Origin: Promethearchaeota archaeon
GTDB lineage: Archaea; Asgardarchaeota; Lokiarchaeia; Sigyniarchaeales; SOKP01
Reading direction: 5' to 3'
Assembly: GCA_019057795.1 (NCBI GenBank)
Contig: JAHLWS010000078.1
Location: forward strand, 1 to 64,000
DNA length: 64,000 nucleotides
Under the pieces are notes generated by a model. The model was not told where the DNA came from and searched no databases. It worked only from the letters and a program-made list of their open reading frames with translations. A program made the position numbers and the translations under genes. This document shows positions 18,045-28,587 of the stretch, piece by piece (position 1 is the stretch's first letter; each line of letters starts with the position of its first letter).

Positions 18045-19895
18045 ATGAATTCCCATGTCTTTTTTGATATTTTAAAAAGTAAAGGAGCTTTGTTTAGTGA
18101 TTTTAAAGAAGGGATTAGAAAAGAATGGGAACAGTTCAAATTAAAAAATCAAAAAAGAATAATTCAAAAAACTTATAGTACGTTTTTTTTTCAATATTTT
18201 GATCAATATTTTCACAATTATTTGCAAAACTTTTGTGGATTCGATACAAAATCAAATTTGAAATTAATTGTTAAGGAGAAGATTTCTGACGACCACTTAT
18301 TTTTAGAGTATTCTTATTACTTATCACCCGAAGAGATGGAATACTTTAACGAATTTGCTGAAAGTTTTAAAGACACTTCAGATGGAATTACCTCCCCGTT
18401 CGGTTATTTATATTTAGTGGTCGCAATATTAGGGGTAATTCTGAGAAAGCTAACCGGAGAAAAGCTTTATATTATTTTAGACGCAGCAGTTATAAAAAAC
18501 GGCGATAATAACAATACTCTAAATTTTTTGATTGTAATTAAAAATAGCAAAGATGAACTTTTTGAAAATTACTATTCTATGTACCTTTACTACTTTCTTA
18601 AATACTTTGAAAATGTTCCAGAAGCGTATTCAGATAAACTATTAAAAGGTAGAGATAGGGTATATGAAATTGCTTTAGAGGAATACTCTCTTGCTAAAGA
18701 AAAACTCGTAGATTTATTATATTATTTCTATAAGAAATGTAATCTACTTCAGAACTTTTCGCCAATTTTAGATTTCTTGAATTTCGTTAACTCAAGAGTA
18801 GAGGACTCAATTTTCCCTAAATTAGATATAATAAAGAAAGAGTTCCTCCAGAATTTTGACTATACAGATGAGAAAAAGAATTTTTTTATTAGAATCTTTG
18901 ATTACATTGACAAGAAAGCGACCTTATATGCCACATTTCAAGCTAATAATTTACCTTCTCAAAAGTCTCAGTTTAATTTATTTTTATTGTATATGAAATA
19001 TTACTTTGGTAGTGGAAGCTTAGAAGCTTTGGAAGTAAGCGATCTATTATTTTTACCAGGAGAGTTTAGGAACAGATTAAATAAACTTAATAAGACTTTG
19101 GATGGAGCGATTAATGCTAAGAATATTAAAGAAATCCAAGATTTTATGGACATTTTTTCAATTTTAACAAATGTAGAACATCCAAATGTATTTTTTGAAA
19201 AAATCTTTAATAAAAATATTTCACAGATTAATTACGACTTTTTAAGAACATTTTTGCGAAGCCTGAATATAAGTATTACTCGTTTAATCGCCCGAGAAAA
19301 CAAGGTTTTATCTGAAGCCCCAAATAACGAACCTTTAACTTTTAAAATAGTTGTTGACCACATATGTCGGATGCTCTACACGTTAATCGATAAAATCTTT
19401 ATTAGAAAAATTCCTGGGCAAGCATCTAAAAATTTTATAGACCCGAGAAGCAGATATGTGGGCAGAAACATTGCTTTGAGAGTATTAGAATTATTTATTT
19501 TTTGCGATTTAAATGTTTCAGATGATGTTTGGCCAGATTACATTATTAGCATGAATAAGGAAGCTCTATTAAAGGAATTAGAAGACCATAACATAGTTAT
19601 CCCGGAAAAGTTCTTTTATCGGTATGAAGACATAGTTAGGTTTGTTGTTACATATAACTTTCAATCATCAAAGGATCAAATCATTTTCGAAGAGTGGTTA
19701 ATCACCGAGATTATTATTCCGTTAAATATCTTCATTTTAAATATTCGCAAATCAATAAAAGATCTTACAAATATAACTGAGATTTCCGAAAAATTAAAAG
19801 AATTTTTTGTTAAAGGTAGCAAAGACGATGAAATCATTCAAGATATTGAATTTGTGTGCCAGCAACTCGCAGTATTTTGGGAAAAATCCAAGTAA
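18045..19895 (+). CDS. Hypothetical helical protein (616 aa)
   Basis: Long ORF with host-like composition; no recognisable motif. Confidence 0.7.
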   Translation: MNSHVFFDILKSKGALFSDFKEGIRKEWEQFKLKNQKRIIQKTYSTFFFQYFDQYFHNYLQNFCGFDTKSNLKLIVKEKISDDHLFLEYSYYLSPEEMEYFNEFAESFKDTSDGITSPFGYLYLVVAILGVILRKLTGEKLYIILDAAVIKNGDNNNTLNFLIVIKNSKDELFENYYSMYLYYFLKYFENVPEAYSDKLLKGRDRVYEIALEEYSLAKEKLVDLLYYFYKKCNLLQNFSPILDFLNFVNSRVEDSIFPKLDIIKKEFLQNFDYTDEKKNFFIRIFDYIDKKATLYATFQANNLPSQKSQFNLFLLYMKYYFGSGSLEALEVSDLLFLPGEFRNRLNKLNKTLDGAINAKNIKEIQDFMDIFSILTNVEHPNVFFEKIFNKNISQINYDFLRTFLRSLNISITRLIARENKVLSEAPNNEPLTFKIVVDHICRMLYTLIDKIFIRKIPGQASKNFIDPRSRYVGRNIALRVLELFIFCDLNVSDDVWPDYIISMNKEALLKELEDHNIVIPEKFFYRYEDIVRFVVTYNFQSSKDQIIFEEWLITEIIIPLNIFILNIRKSIKDLTNITEISEKLKEFFVKGSKDDEIIQDIEFVCQQLAVFWEKSK

Positions 19896-19923
19896 AAAGT
19901 TAATTTTTAACGAAATTATTTGA

Positions 19924-20427
19924 TTATTTGATTTCAAAAATTTTTAAAAAGCTCTCGAAGTTTTCTTCTACATCCACAATTGGCAACTTAATTTCACTTT
20001 TTTGATTGATTTTACTTGCTGCAATTAGACCAGAGATTGCTTTCACATTTTCGTTTAACTGGGGTTTTATCTCATTTATTTCTTTTACGCATAAAATCGT
20101 TGGAAAATCCAAATTCCTAAAACCTTCTGTAAAGATTATTTCAACTTTAAATGGACCTTTTATAACCCATCTTATTAACTCTTCAATATTGATTTTCTTT
20201 TTAAGATATATCGCGTTTTCGTCATATTTGTTTCTGATTATCGAATATACTGCTCCAGCTTCAGTAAATTTATCTGAATCTTTTCCTTCTTCGTCGATTT
20301 TATGCTGATGAATATTTTTTATTACCGCCACTTCAAAATTTAGTTTGTTCTTTAATCTCCTTATCGTCTTTTGTATGAAATGCGTTTTTCCACTTCCAGA
20401 ATACCCAATAACGCTAATAATTATCAT
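19924..20427 (-). CDS. mobB: Molybdopterin-guanine dinucleotide biosynthesis protein B
   Basis: GYSGSGKT, VAVIK, GKDS and EGF motifs. Confidence 0.9.
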   Translation of the reverse strand: MIIISVIGYSGSGKTHFIQKTIRRLKNKLNFEVAVIKNIHQHKIDEEGKDSDKFTEAGAVYSIIRNKYDENAIYLKKKINIEELIRWVIKGPFKVEIIFTEGFRNLDFPTILCVKEINEIKPQLNENVKAISGLIAASKINQKSEIKLPIVDVEENFESFLKIFEIK

Positions 20428-20474
20428 TCAGAATCACAGATTCTTAAATATATAAAAATGCTCAAGATTTAATA

Positions 20475-20531
20475 TAATTAACATTAATTAACATTAATTA
20501 ACATTAATTAACTTTAAAGTAATTAACATTA
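20475..20531. repeat. 10-bp tandem repeat (TAATTAACAT x~3.8 plus one offset copy) in a divergent promoter
   Basis: Visible directly between mobB and the PIN-TPR gene. Confidence 0.8.
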
Positions 20532-20563
20532 CTTTATGACTGAAGAAGAAGTTTTCTGCAATT

Positions 20564-22549
20564 ATGACTAAGAAAAACGAAATAATAGTGTTCGATGCTA
20601 ATTTCTTTATATGCATGAATTCTATCAGAGCTAAAGATATTCTTGAAAATCTAAGGCGAGTGAGTTCAGATTTGGGTTTTGATTATTACATTAGCTTAAT
20701 TGTTTTTAACGAAATTAAGGCCTCTCACACTTTCAGGGAAAAATTTCAAGAATTTATAAATGTAGAAGAAATTGAGAATTTGGAAATTGAAAATATAAAA
20801 AACGCCTTAAGTAAACAAGGTATTCGGTTCCCTGCTCAAGACCCAGACTTGTCTTTGTTATCCTTGTCGCAGAAATTATTAGAATGTAATGAAGAAATTT
20901 CTATTAACTTAGTTTCTGATGACTTTAAACTCGTAAAGAACGCAAATTTATATTTTCGCGGGAAGATCAATATTCTATCTCTTTCAAGTTTTTTGCTAAA
21001 AATACACAGAACAATCTCCAATAAGCAGTTGCGGTATTACTTCAAGAGTACTTGGAAAAAATCATTGAACTATACTCTTTCTTATATGATTGAGCGTTCT
21101 AAAATTTATCCTGCCGAGGAAAAAATAACTTGGTTGATTGAAAAAGCGATTAGCGTAACACAAGAATCTATACTTCAAAAAGAACCTGTTAAATTTGAGA
21201 TAGGAGCGAATAAATATGAAAAAGAAATCATTATATGTGAAAAATATATTTTGAACCAGAAATTAGCTAATAGCGAAGAAAACCTAGTATCTAGAATAAT
21301 TAATTTCCTTGAAAATTTAAAAATATCTCGGGAATATGTTAAGCAAGCAAGAGAAGCCATCGTGAAGCACGATTCGAAAAACGCTGTAAAATTTTTAAAG
21401 AAAGGCAACGGTTTTTTAGTGTCATTATTACAAATAGCTTCAGGCCAGCTTCAGGCCAATTTAAAAGACTACGAAATTATTGAGCAATTAATTTGTAGTG
21501 AAATTTCAAAGATGGAATTTTTACGAGCTTTTCTTTTAGTTTCATTAGGTCGAATCAATCCCGCTATTGATTCTTTAGAAAGAGCAGCATTGTTTTCTAC
21601 GATTATACATAATCATCAAACCTGTTTAACATTAAACTATGTAAAGGCATTAATACTTTTATTTCATGGGCTTTATAATAACGCTATAATGGCTTATAAT
21701 TTCACGGAGGAGCTCGCTGACATATATAACGACGAAAGGCTTAAGCTTAAATGTGCTATAGGGAAAGCAATAGCTCTTTATATCCAAGGAGATAATACCG
21801 CGACAGCTATGGCTATTATGGAAGAGATTTCTTCCATAAATATGGAGGAAAACTTTTTAGATGCAATAATTGTTTTTAGTGAGCTCGGAGATTATTTTTT
21901 AGCTTTAGGTCATTCGCAATTGGCAGCAAACCTTTACAACGAAGCATTAGAGATTAGTATTGATTATAAACTTAAAATTAGAAGCGATATTCTAATAGAA
22001 AAATTAAAACGTGCATATATCGCGACCGTTCTAAATGGTTATTCTACCGAAGATATTATGATCGATAAATTAGATGTTTTACTTAATAAAGCGTATTCGG
22101 TTAAAGATGTAGAGAAATATAACGAGCAAATCAAAAAGATTTCTAGCTTTAACATATTATTTTACACTCCATTCCCTTACATCTCAGGGAAGAAAAAAAT
22201 AATTCCTTACATTAAACTTCCTAAAGAACTGCAAGAAGATTATTTAGAAGTCGTACATTTTGAAAAATTAGAGAATAAGAAAGGAGTAGGAGTGGACCGA
22301 TATCTTTTTATAGTATCCCATTACGATCTAGGATTATTAGGTATCATCGTAAAAACTGATGATAATGTGATTGGCATAGCTGAAAATTACACTTTAAAAT
22401 TTAAACCGATGTCTAAAGTGAAGATATATAAACCTAGCGAAGATTTGAGGGATACTTATTTAATCCGGGCTATTATTGAAGTTGTATCCAAAAATGAGTG
22501 TGAAATAATCTATTCGTTGCCGTCTTTCTTTAAAACGTTAAATTTGTGA
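20564..22549 (+). CDS. PIN-domain plus TPR-repeat protein
   Basis: PIN acidic residues in VFDANF, VFNE, DLSLL, VSDD; TPR-like helices (ELGDYFLALGHSQLAANLYNEALEI). Confidence 0.75.
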   Translation: MTKKNEIIVFDANFFICMNSIRAKDILENLRRVSSDLGFDYYISLIVFNEIKASHTFREKFQEFINVEEIENLEIENIKNALSKQGIRFPAQDPDLSLLSLSQKLLECNEEISINLVSDDFKLVKNANLYFRGKINILSLSSFLLKIHRTISNKQLRYYFKSTWKKSLNYTLSYMIERSKIYPAEEKITWLIEKAISVTQESILQKEPVKFEIGANKYEKEIIICEKYILNQKLANSEENLVSRIINFLENLKISREYVKQAREAIVKHDSKNAVKFLKKGNGFLVSLLQIASGQLQANLKDYEIIEQLICSEISKMEFLRAFLLVSLGRINPAIDSLERAALFSTIIHNHQTCLTLNYVKALILLFHGLYNNAIMAYNFTEELADIYNDERLKLKCAIGKAIALYIQGDNTATAMAIMEEISSINMEENFLDAIIVFSELGDYFLALGHSQLAANLYNEALEISIDYKLKIRSDILIEKLKRAYIATVLNGYSTEDIMIDKLDVLLNKAYSVKDVEKYNEQIKKISSFNILFYTPFPYISGKKKIIPYIKLPKELQEDYLEVVHFEKLENKKGVGVDRYLFIVSHYDLGLLGIIVKTDDNVIGIAENYTLKFKPMSKVKIYKPSEDLRDTYLIRAIIEVVSKNECEIIYSLPSFFKTLNL

Positions 22550-22550
22550 A

Positions 22551-22823
22551 TTATCCTTTCCTTAAATTTTTATTTCTTTGGCTAATTTGATGGCTGTGGA
22601 CCGCACAGGATATACAATAGTACTTTTTTTTGCTAGGAGTTTGAATAATCGTTCCTGTTTTTTTTAGTTCAGCGTACATTCTTCCATCAACTAAAGGGAC
22701 TCTTCTAGTCACCGCTTTGGCTTTACTTCTCGGTACCATTCTCCCGCACTTGGAGCACTGAACTTGACTGTAGTGTCCTTTTCTTGATCCAGTTTTTCCC
22801 CCGCTCTTTCTTTTTTTTGGCAA
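22551..22823 (-). CDS. rps26e: 30S ribosomal protein eS26
   Basis: MPKKRKSGG, CSKCGRMVPRSKA, YCISCAVH. Confidence 0.95.
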   Translation of the reverse strand: MPKKRKSGGKTGSRKGHYSQVQCSKCGRMVPRSKAKAVTRRVPLVDGRMYAELKKTGTIIQTPSKKKYYCISCAVHSHQISQRNKNLRKG

Positions 22824-22968
22824 TTTTCAGTCAGCTTTTTTTTTCTATTTCGAAATTAAACTCTTATTTCTTTGTATTTGAATAAGGCAAACCTTAAAAA
22901 TTTTATTTTTTCTCTTAGAAAGTTGCCAAACTAACGCTCTATTAAGATTTCCTTTCAAAAAGATGTTT

Positions 22969-23652
22969 TTACTTCTTATTTTGCTCGTCTAACTTATTTA
23001 GAGCTTTAAAAGAAAACATTAATCTTTGGACTATGGTTAAAATTAGTAGTCCTGTAAAAAATAGAATAAATATTGGAAAAAACCAGGTGAAAGGCGTCCC
23101 AAGTATTAGCTTTGATAAAGTATAAATCCACCATTCAGCCATAAAAGCAAGCCATAAAATAACTAATCGCTCAGCTCTTTCCATAAATCCTACTCCCATC
23201 ATGTCAATGCCCTCGTTTTCTGCTCTAGCGCGAATGTAGGAAATCATAATTACTAAAAATAAAAGGATATACCCTAAAATGTAATGCAGATAATTCCCCA
23301 GAGTCAACCCTATTATTAACGCCGCATCTGAAAGTCTATCTAAATTAGAATCTAAAAAAGCTCCAGCTTTAGAATTTGAATTCGTTCTTCTGGCTACTTC
23401 TCCATCGAACACATCAAATGCGCCCGCCCAAAACAATATAAAAGGTACCATCCAAGCTGTATAAAATGGCAAGTGCAACCCCCCAATTGAAAGCAAAAAA
23501 GCAACACTTGCAGAACATAAAAACCCTATATAGGATAAGAGGGTTGGCGAGAACTTATGTTTGATTAAAAAATTAACGGGAAGATCAATAACCTTGCCTA
23601 TAATTCTTCTTTGGTTACTTCTTTTATTATTTGTATGTTCTGTTCCGCTCAA
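22969..23652 (-). CDS. pgsA: CDP-alcohol phosphatidyltransferase (archaetidylinositol-phosphate synthase-like)
   Basis: DVFDGEVAR...GAFLDSNLDRLSD signature; SYIRARAE; GFMERAER. Confidence 0.9.
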   Translation of the reverse strand: MSGTEHTNNKRSNQRRIIGKVIDLPVNFLIKHKFSPTLLSYIGFLCSASVAFLLSIGGLHLPFYTAWMVPFILFWAGAFDVFDGEVARRTNSNSKAGAFLDSNLDRLSDAALIIGLTLGNYLHYILGYILLFLVIMISYIRARAENEGIDMMGVGFMERAERLVILWLAFMAEWWIYTLSKLILGTPFTWFFPIFILFFTGLLILTIVQRLMFSFKALNKLDEQNKK

Positions 23653-23721
23653 TTTTTTTGATTTTTTGAAATGAGTATTTGAGATATTTTGTTTTAAATG
23701 TACTTTAAAATAAAAATTTTT

Positions 23722-24315
23722 TCATATTAATAAGCTCAAGTTGTATTTGATTAATCGAATCGTGCTACTTGCTAAGTAAGATCGATTTCCAAGACTCAGA
23801 TTTGTTAGTTTTAACTCCTTTAATTCTTTTGAATTTATTAATTCACCGCTTTGGTCTCCAACTATAAATAACAAATTCCTTTTTGGACTCATGTCCATAA
23901 ATATTTTGCTAAAATGTGCTCCACTTTCATTTAATATAAATACTTGATATTTTTTCTTAATAAATTTTTTAATTGCTTCAAAAATATCTAAATTTGAACA
24001 CTTTATTGAATCCAATGGATTTACGGTATATTTCTTATTTCCTTTCTTAATGAAATCTACAAAATAATCCGTCAACATTATTTCGTTTTTAGGAAAAGAG
24101 ACATTATTAAATGTATTGGAATCAAAAACAAATGTTCCATACTTATCTAGAAAAGCCCAAATCTGAATATTTTTTTCGAGTTTATTATCGCTTGTAAGTG
24201 CGGATAAAACACATCGTGACACAACATCTAATCTTCCAGAAGTTCCTTGAATATCTTTAATATAATAGTTACTAATGTCAACCGTGGATGATTTTATGAA
24301 AAAAATTAAAGTCAT
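23722..24315 (-). CDS. trmY: tRNA (pseudouridine54-N1)-methyltransferase
   Basis: GTSGRLDVVSRC, FIVGDQ and LSLGNRSYLAS SPOUT motifs. Confidence 0.85.
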   Translation of the reverse strand: MTLIFFIKSSTVDISNYYIKDIQGTSGRLDVVSRCVLSALTSDNKLEKNIQIWAFLDKYGTFVFDSNTFNNVSFPKNEIMLTDYFVDFIKKGNKKYTVNPLDSIKCSNLDIFEAIKKFIKKKYQVFILNESGAHFSKIFMDMSPKRNLLFIVGDQSGELINSKELKELKLTNLSLGNRSYLASSTIRLIKYNLSLLI

Positions 24316-24427
24316 GGAATTAGTGTTCGATTTAATTTTATATTTTAGATAAATTAGATTTATAATAGATTGTTATATTAAATGTATCGATAATATTAAA
24401 TTATTAAATTTGAGAAAGTGTTGATAT

Positions 24428-25342
24428 TTGGATAAAATTGACCTTAAAATTTCAATGTTGTTAATGGCTAATTCGAGAACACCGTACAAACAATTAGCTG
24501 ATGTATTTCATATTAGTGTCAATTCAATCCATAAACGTGTTAAATCGTTAGTAGAAAAAGGTATCATTCAAAAATTTAAAGCAAGATTAGGTTTCGCGAA
24601 TTTTCCTACTATCTCAAATATCGTGATGTTTGGCACACCAAATGTAAAAGATAAGAAACATCTTTTAGAAAAATTAGGTGACAATGAGTTTGTATATAAT
24701 ATTTCACGAGCCAGCGGAAATTTATTTTATATTCATGCTTATATTCGAAATATGAATGAATTAGATACATTAGTTACCTTTGTACGAAAAACTGGAAAAA
24801 TTAGTGAACTCACAGTTGGTATTGATCGAAATATGCCTTCAATATCAATAATTGATAAACAAAAACTTAAAAATTTAGATTATTTTATAGTAAATTCTTT
24901 AAAAGATAATTCTAGAAAAACAATTTCTGATATAGCAGAAGAAGTAGGAGCTTCCACCAAAACAATTAAAAGACGATTAGACAATTTGATTGAGAACTTC
25001 TTAATAGAATTACAAATAGATTGGTATCCCGATTTAATTTTTACCATGATAATTTTAAAATTAAAATCTGATTCATTAATAGATGATAGAGACTTTATAA
25101 GTAGCTTAAAGAAAACTTATGGTTCCAAAATTGTTTTTTCATGGTCTTTTAGTAATTTACCGCTTACAAAACTTATATGTGTTTGCAATGAATCAATGAA
25201 AGATCTTCAAGATATAGAATCTTCACTTCTTTCAGAAAATTATGATTCTGTAGAAGTTACAATACTTATTGAAGGTAAAAATTTCCCCACATGGAGAGAA
25301 ACTTATCTTAAAGAGAGGATTCAAGAAATAAATAGCTTATAA
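24428..25342 (+). CDS. Tandem Lrp/AsnC-family regulator
   Basis: Two HTH-RAM units (MDKIDLKI...NSRTP; LDYFIVNSLKDNSRKT). Confidence 0.85.
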   Translation: MDKIDLKISMLLMANSRTPYKQLADVFHISVNSIHKRVKSLVEKGIIQKFKARLGFANFPTISNIVMFGTPNVKDKKHLLEKLGDNEFVYNISRASGNLFYIHAYIRNMNELDTLVTFVRKTGKISELTVGIDRNMPSISIIDKQKLKNLDYFIVNSLKDNSRKTISDIAEEVGASTKTIKRRLDNLIENFLIELQIDWYPDLIFTMIILKLKSDSLIDDRDFISSLKKTYGSKIVFSWSFSNLPLTKLICVCNESMKDLQDIESSLLSENYDSVEVTILIEGKNFPTWRETYLKERIQEINSL

Positions 25343-25665
25343 TTTATAGTTCCCCATTCTTTCAATATGATGGTGATAATTAGGTAATAAAATTTTAAAA
25401 TTTATTTATAAATATAATTTAAATTTCCTCTAATGATGCAAAGAAATCATAGTTAAAAAAAAAAGATAATTTTTTTTGTGCAATTCATCACCCAAGTGGG
25501 TTAAAAACCTCCCATTTTATTTGTATTTTTATCTCATTTTTGCTACAACTGGTTATCATTAATATTAAAAGCGAATAAAGGAATTCCTATATTAAATATC
25601 GGACTAAAGATAATTTATATTAAAATAAAACTTAAATTGTTTAAAGAACATGGAAGTGATAAAAA

Positions 25666-26484
25666 ATGTCAGAAACTAAAATAAAACCTTATGAAAAACC
25701 AGAAAATATCATAAATCCTAATAGTGAATTTTCGATAGAAGTACAAAATCTAAGAAAGATATTCAGAGGGAAAAAGGGATATGATGATGTTATCGCTGTA
25801 GATGATGTCTCCTTTAAAGTGAAATCTGGAGAATTATTCGGTTTTTTGGGACCGAATGGCGCAGGAAAAACAACAGTAATTAATATGTTGATTGGACTTT
25901 TAAAACCTACAAGTGGAATCGCAATTGTTAATGGTTATAACATACATGATGGTCTCTCTCATATCAAAGAATTAATTGGAGTATGTCCGCAGGAACCATC
26001 AGTTTTTAAATTTCTTACAGGGATAGAGAACATTGAACTTTTTGGGAAGCTTCATTCAATGAAAAAAGCTGAAATAAAGGATAAGACCAATAAACTATTA
26101 GAATTTCTAGACTTATCTAAAGCAAGTAGAAGAAAAACTAAAGGATATAGTGGTGGAATGCTAAGGCAACTGAACATGATAATTGCATTAATTCACGACC
26201 CTAAAATAGCGTTTTTAGATGAACCCACGGTAGGTATGGATCCAAGAGCACGGAGAGCGACTTGGGAGTTTATTGGATCACTTAAAACTAAAAGTAAAAC
26301 CATATTCCTTACGACGCATTATATTGAAGAAGCAGAAGCACTATGTGATAGAGTTGCCATAATTGATTATGGTAAAATAATCGAAATAGGGGCTCCACAA
26401 GATTTAATAAAAAAATATGAAGTCGAAAATTTAGAGGGAGTGTTTATGAAAATTACTGGAAGAAGAATAATGGAGGGAGTATAA
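25666..26484 (+). CDS. ABC-2 exporter ATP-binding subunit
   Basis: GPNGAGKT, YSGGM, LDEPT, TTH. Confidence 0.95.
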   Translation: MSETKIKPYEKPENIINPNSEFSIEVQNLRKIFRGKKGYDDVIAVDDVSFKVKSGELFGFLGPNGAGKTTVINMLIGLLKPTSGIAIVNGYNIHDGLSHIKELIGVCPQEPSVFKFLTGIENIELFGKLHSMKKAEIKDKTNKLLEFLDLSKASRRKTKGYSGGMLRQLNMIIALIHDPKIAFLDEPTVGMDPRARRATWEFIGSLKTKSKTIFLTTHYIEEAEALCDRVAIIDYGKIIEIGAPQDLIKKYEVENLEGVFMKITGRRIMEGV

Positions 26485-27224
26485 TGAATACCCAAAGAAT
26501 ATTAGCTCTAATGAAAATGGAACTTTACAAAATGTTCAGGGAACCAGCATACTTATTTTTAATGATTTTATTCCCCGCGGTTCTTACAATCACCTTTGGA
26601 TTTGCTTTTAGCGATCCCGAACTTGGCTTGGATTTTAATCTTATGGCTCCGGGATTATTTGCATATGCGTGCATATTTATAATAATGACTGTTGCACAAT
26701 CATTTGCCGAGCTTAGAGAACAAGGATTACTAAGAAGACTTAATACTACGCCAATGTCGTCTACTGATTTCATGTTCAGTAATATACTCTCTAACATGAT
26801 AATCTCCATGCTGCAAGTTGTAATTGTTTTCGTTTTAGCATTATTATTTGGCTTTAGATCTAATACCGACATTGTAGGAATCTTACTTGCATTTTTGCTA
26901 ATGGCTTTATTCTCACTAAGTTCTGTGGGATTAGGACTCATAACGGCATCAGTTTCTAAAAGTGCAGGAACAGCCACAGGGATTTCATTTATATTCATTC
27001 TACCACAAATGTTTTTTGGTACTTTTATCCCAATAACCGACACTACAAGGCCAATCGCAATGTTTCTTCCTAGTTATTACGCAACTGATGCTTTAACTTC
27101 AATATTTAGCGGTGCCGCATTAACAAGTGCTAATATTTTGATCGATTTTGCTTTTATCTCAATAGTAAGCATAGCAATTGTAATTATTGGCATTCTGTTA
27201 TTTAAGAAATCAGGGAATAAATAA
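26484..27224 (+). CDS. ABC-2 type permease
   Basis: About 6 TM segments, EQGLLRRLNTTP motif, coupled to the ATPase gene. Confidence 0.9.
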   Translation: MNTQRILALMKMELYKMFREPAYLFLMILFPAVLTITFGFAFSDPELGLDFNLMAPGLFAYACIFIIMTVAQSFAELREQGLLRRLNTTPMSSTDFMFSNILSNMIISMLQVVIVFVLALLFGFRSNTDIVGILLAFLLMALFSLSSVGLGLITASVSKSAGTATGISFIFILPQMFFGTFIPITDTTRPIAMFLPSYYATDALTSIFSGAALTSANILIDFAFISIVSIAIVIIGILLFKKSGNK

Positions 27225-27359
27225 TTTAGAAATAATTAAACTAATTTTTTTTTAATTTTCCTTTCTTAAGAAAATGTCAATAAGGAGCTATTACTACAGC
27301 ATGGAAGTGGAAAAAAAGAATTAAATAAAAGTTAAAAAAAAAAATTTACATCAAATCAA

Positions 27360-27392
27360 AAGGGAAAATGTTTTCCTTCCCTCTTTTTTTTA
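27360..27392. terminator. Hairpin plus T-tract between convergent genes
   Basis: AAGGGAAAA-TG-TTTTCCTT followed by a T run. Confidence 0.4.
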
Positions 27393-27405
27393 TTAAAAAT
27401 TTCTA

Positions 27406-27714
27406 TTATTTCGTGTCCTTTTTCTTCAAATATGTTATCAAGTAAAAAACACCCGTCATGATAGCTATAGAAAGAACGACCCCAATAATCCCTGCAACAT
27501 AATCGTTAGTAACCCAACTTAGGATAGGTGTCCAAGGAGAAATCAAATTCTCGAGCCACTCTTCGCCATTAATGTCGATTAAAACTCTTTCTAAACCATC
27601 TGGGTTTTCTGAAAGAAACCCAATTGTAAATCCTACAGCTATCACAAACATTAGTGCCACAACTACGACTACTACCGTGATTAAAGGCCATTTATATCTA
27701 CTAATTTCAACCAT
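27406..27714 (-). CDS. PDGLE-domain Ni/Co ECF accessory subunit (NikN-like)
   Basis: SENPDGLE motif between two TM helices. Confidence 0.88.
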   Translation of the reverse strand: MVEISRYKWPLITVVVVVVALMFVIAVGFTIGFLSENPDGLERVLIDINGEEWLENLISPWTPILSWVTNDYVAGIIGVVLSIAIMTGVFYLITYLKKKDTK

Positions 27715-27717
27715 CCT

Positions 27718-28389
27718 TTATTCTACCCCCAAAATTGATTCAGTTAAAATAAAATCTGGTTTTGTTTTATAGATATAAAAAACAATTAAAGCAGAAATTA
27801 TTGCTTCCCCAATACCTATTATAAGATGCCAGAAAACCATAGCAGGAATTGCAATTTCCATTGGAATCGCGCCACCAATACCAATCTCGATGCCACAAAT
27901 GAAAGAAGCCAAGACAATTGCGATGTAAGATCCAATAGCAGTTGCGATTGCAACTTTTAATTCTTTTTTAAGCGATGTTTTATTAAAAATCCTTACAAGC
28001 AACACCACTATATAAAATCCTACAATACCACCAATTATCCCCATATTAAAGGCATTTGGTCCTAACGCGGTAATCCCTCCGTCCCCAAAAAGGCTTTGAA
28101 TAACTAAAATTAAAAACATTACTATAACGGACGCCCAAGGACCAAGTATAATAGCTACTAAAGTTCCTCCAACCAAATGACCGGAAGTTCCTCCTGGAAC
28201 TGGATAGTTAACAAATTGAAACGCAAAAATAACTGCTGCTAATACTCCAATATAGGGAATCATCTTTTCAGAATCTTCTTTTTCAAACATTTTGCCCATT
28301 CTAAAATATCCTAGAATCATAATAGCAATTGTAACAATCCAGAGCACTATAGTTGTGATTGGATCTAATAATCCATCTGGTATATGCAT
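27718..28389 (-). CDS. cbiM: Ni/Co ECF S component CbiM/NikM
   Basis: MHIPDG N-terminus, GTSGHLVGG, GDGGITALG. Confidence 0.95.
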   Translation of the reverse strand: MHIPDGLLDPITTIVLWIVTIAIMILGYFRMGKMFEKEDSEKMIPYIGVLAAVIFAFQFVNYPVPGGTSGHLVGGTLVAIILGPWASVIVMFLILVIQSLFGDGGITALGPNAFNMGIIGGIVGFYIVVLLVRIFNKTSLKKELKVAIATAIGSYIAIVLASFICGIEIGIGGAIPMEIAIPAMVFWHLIIGIGEAIISALIVFYIYKTKPDFILTESILGVE

Positions 28390-28587
28390 TTTTTATTTAC
28401 CTATATTTTATTATCGATTAATTTTTTTGGTATGAATAATATTTTATCATAATTTAGTATTATTTATAAACGATATGATAAATTTATAAAATAATATGAA
28501 GTCGCAAAATGTAGCTTTCAGAGATTTATATATAACAAAGAATGATAAAATTGCCTAAAGAGTAGAGAATAAGGGAGACTAAGAAAA

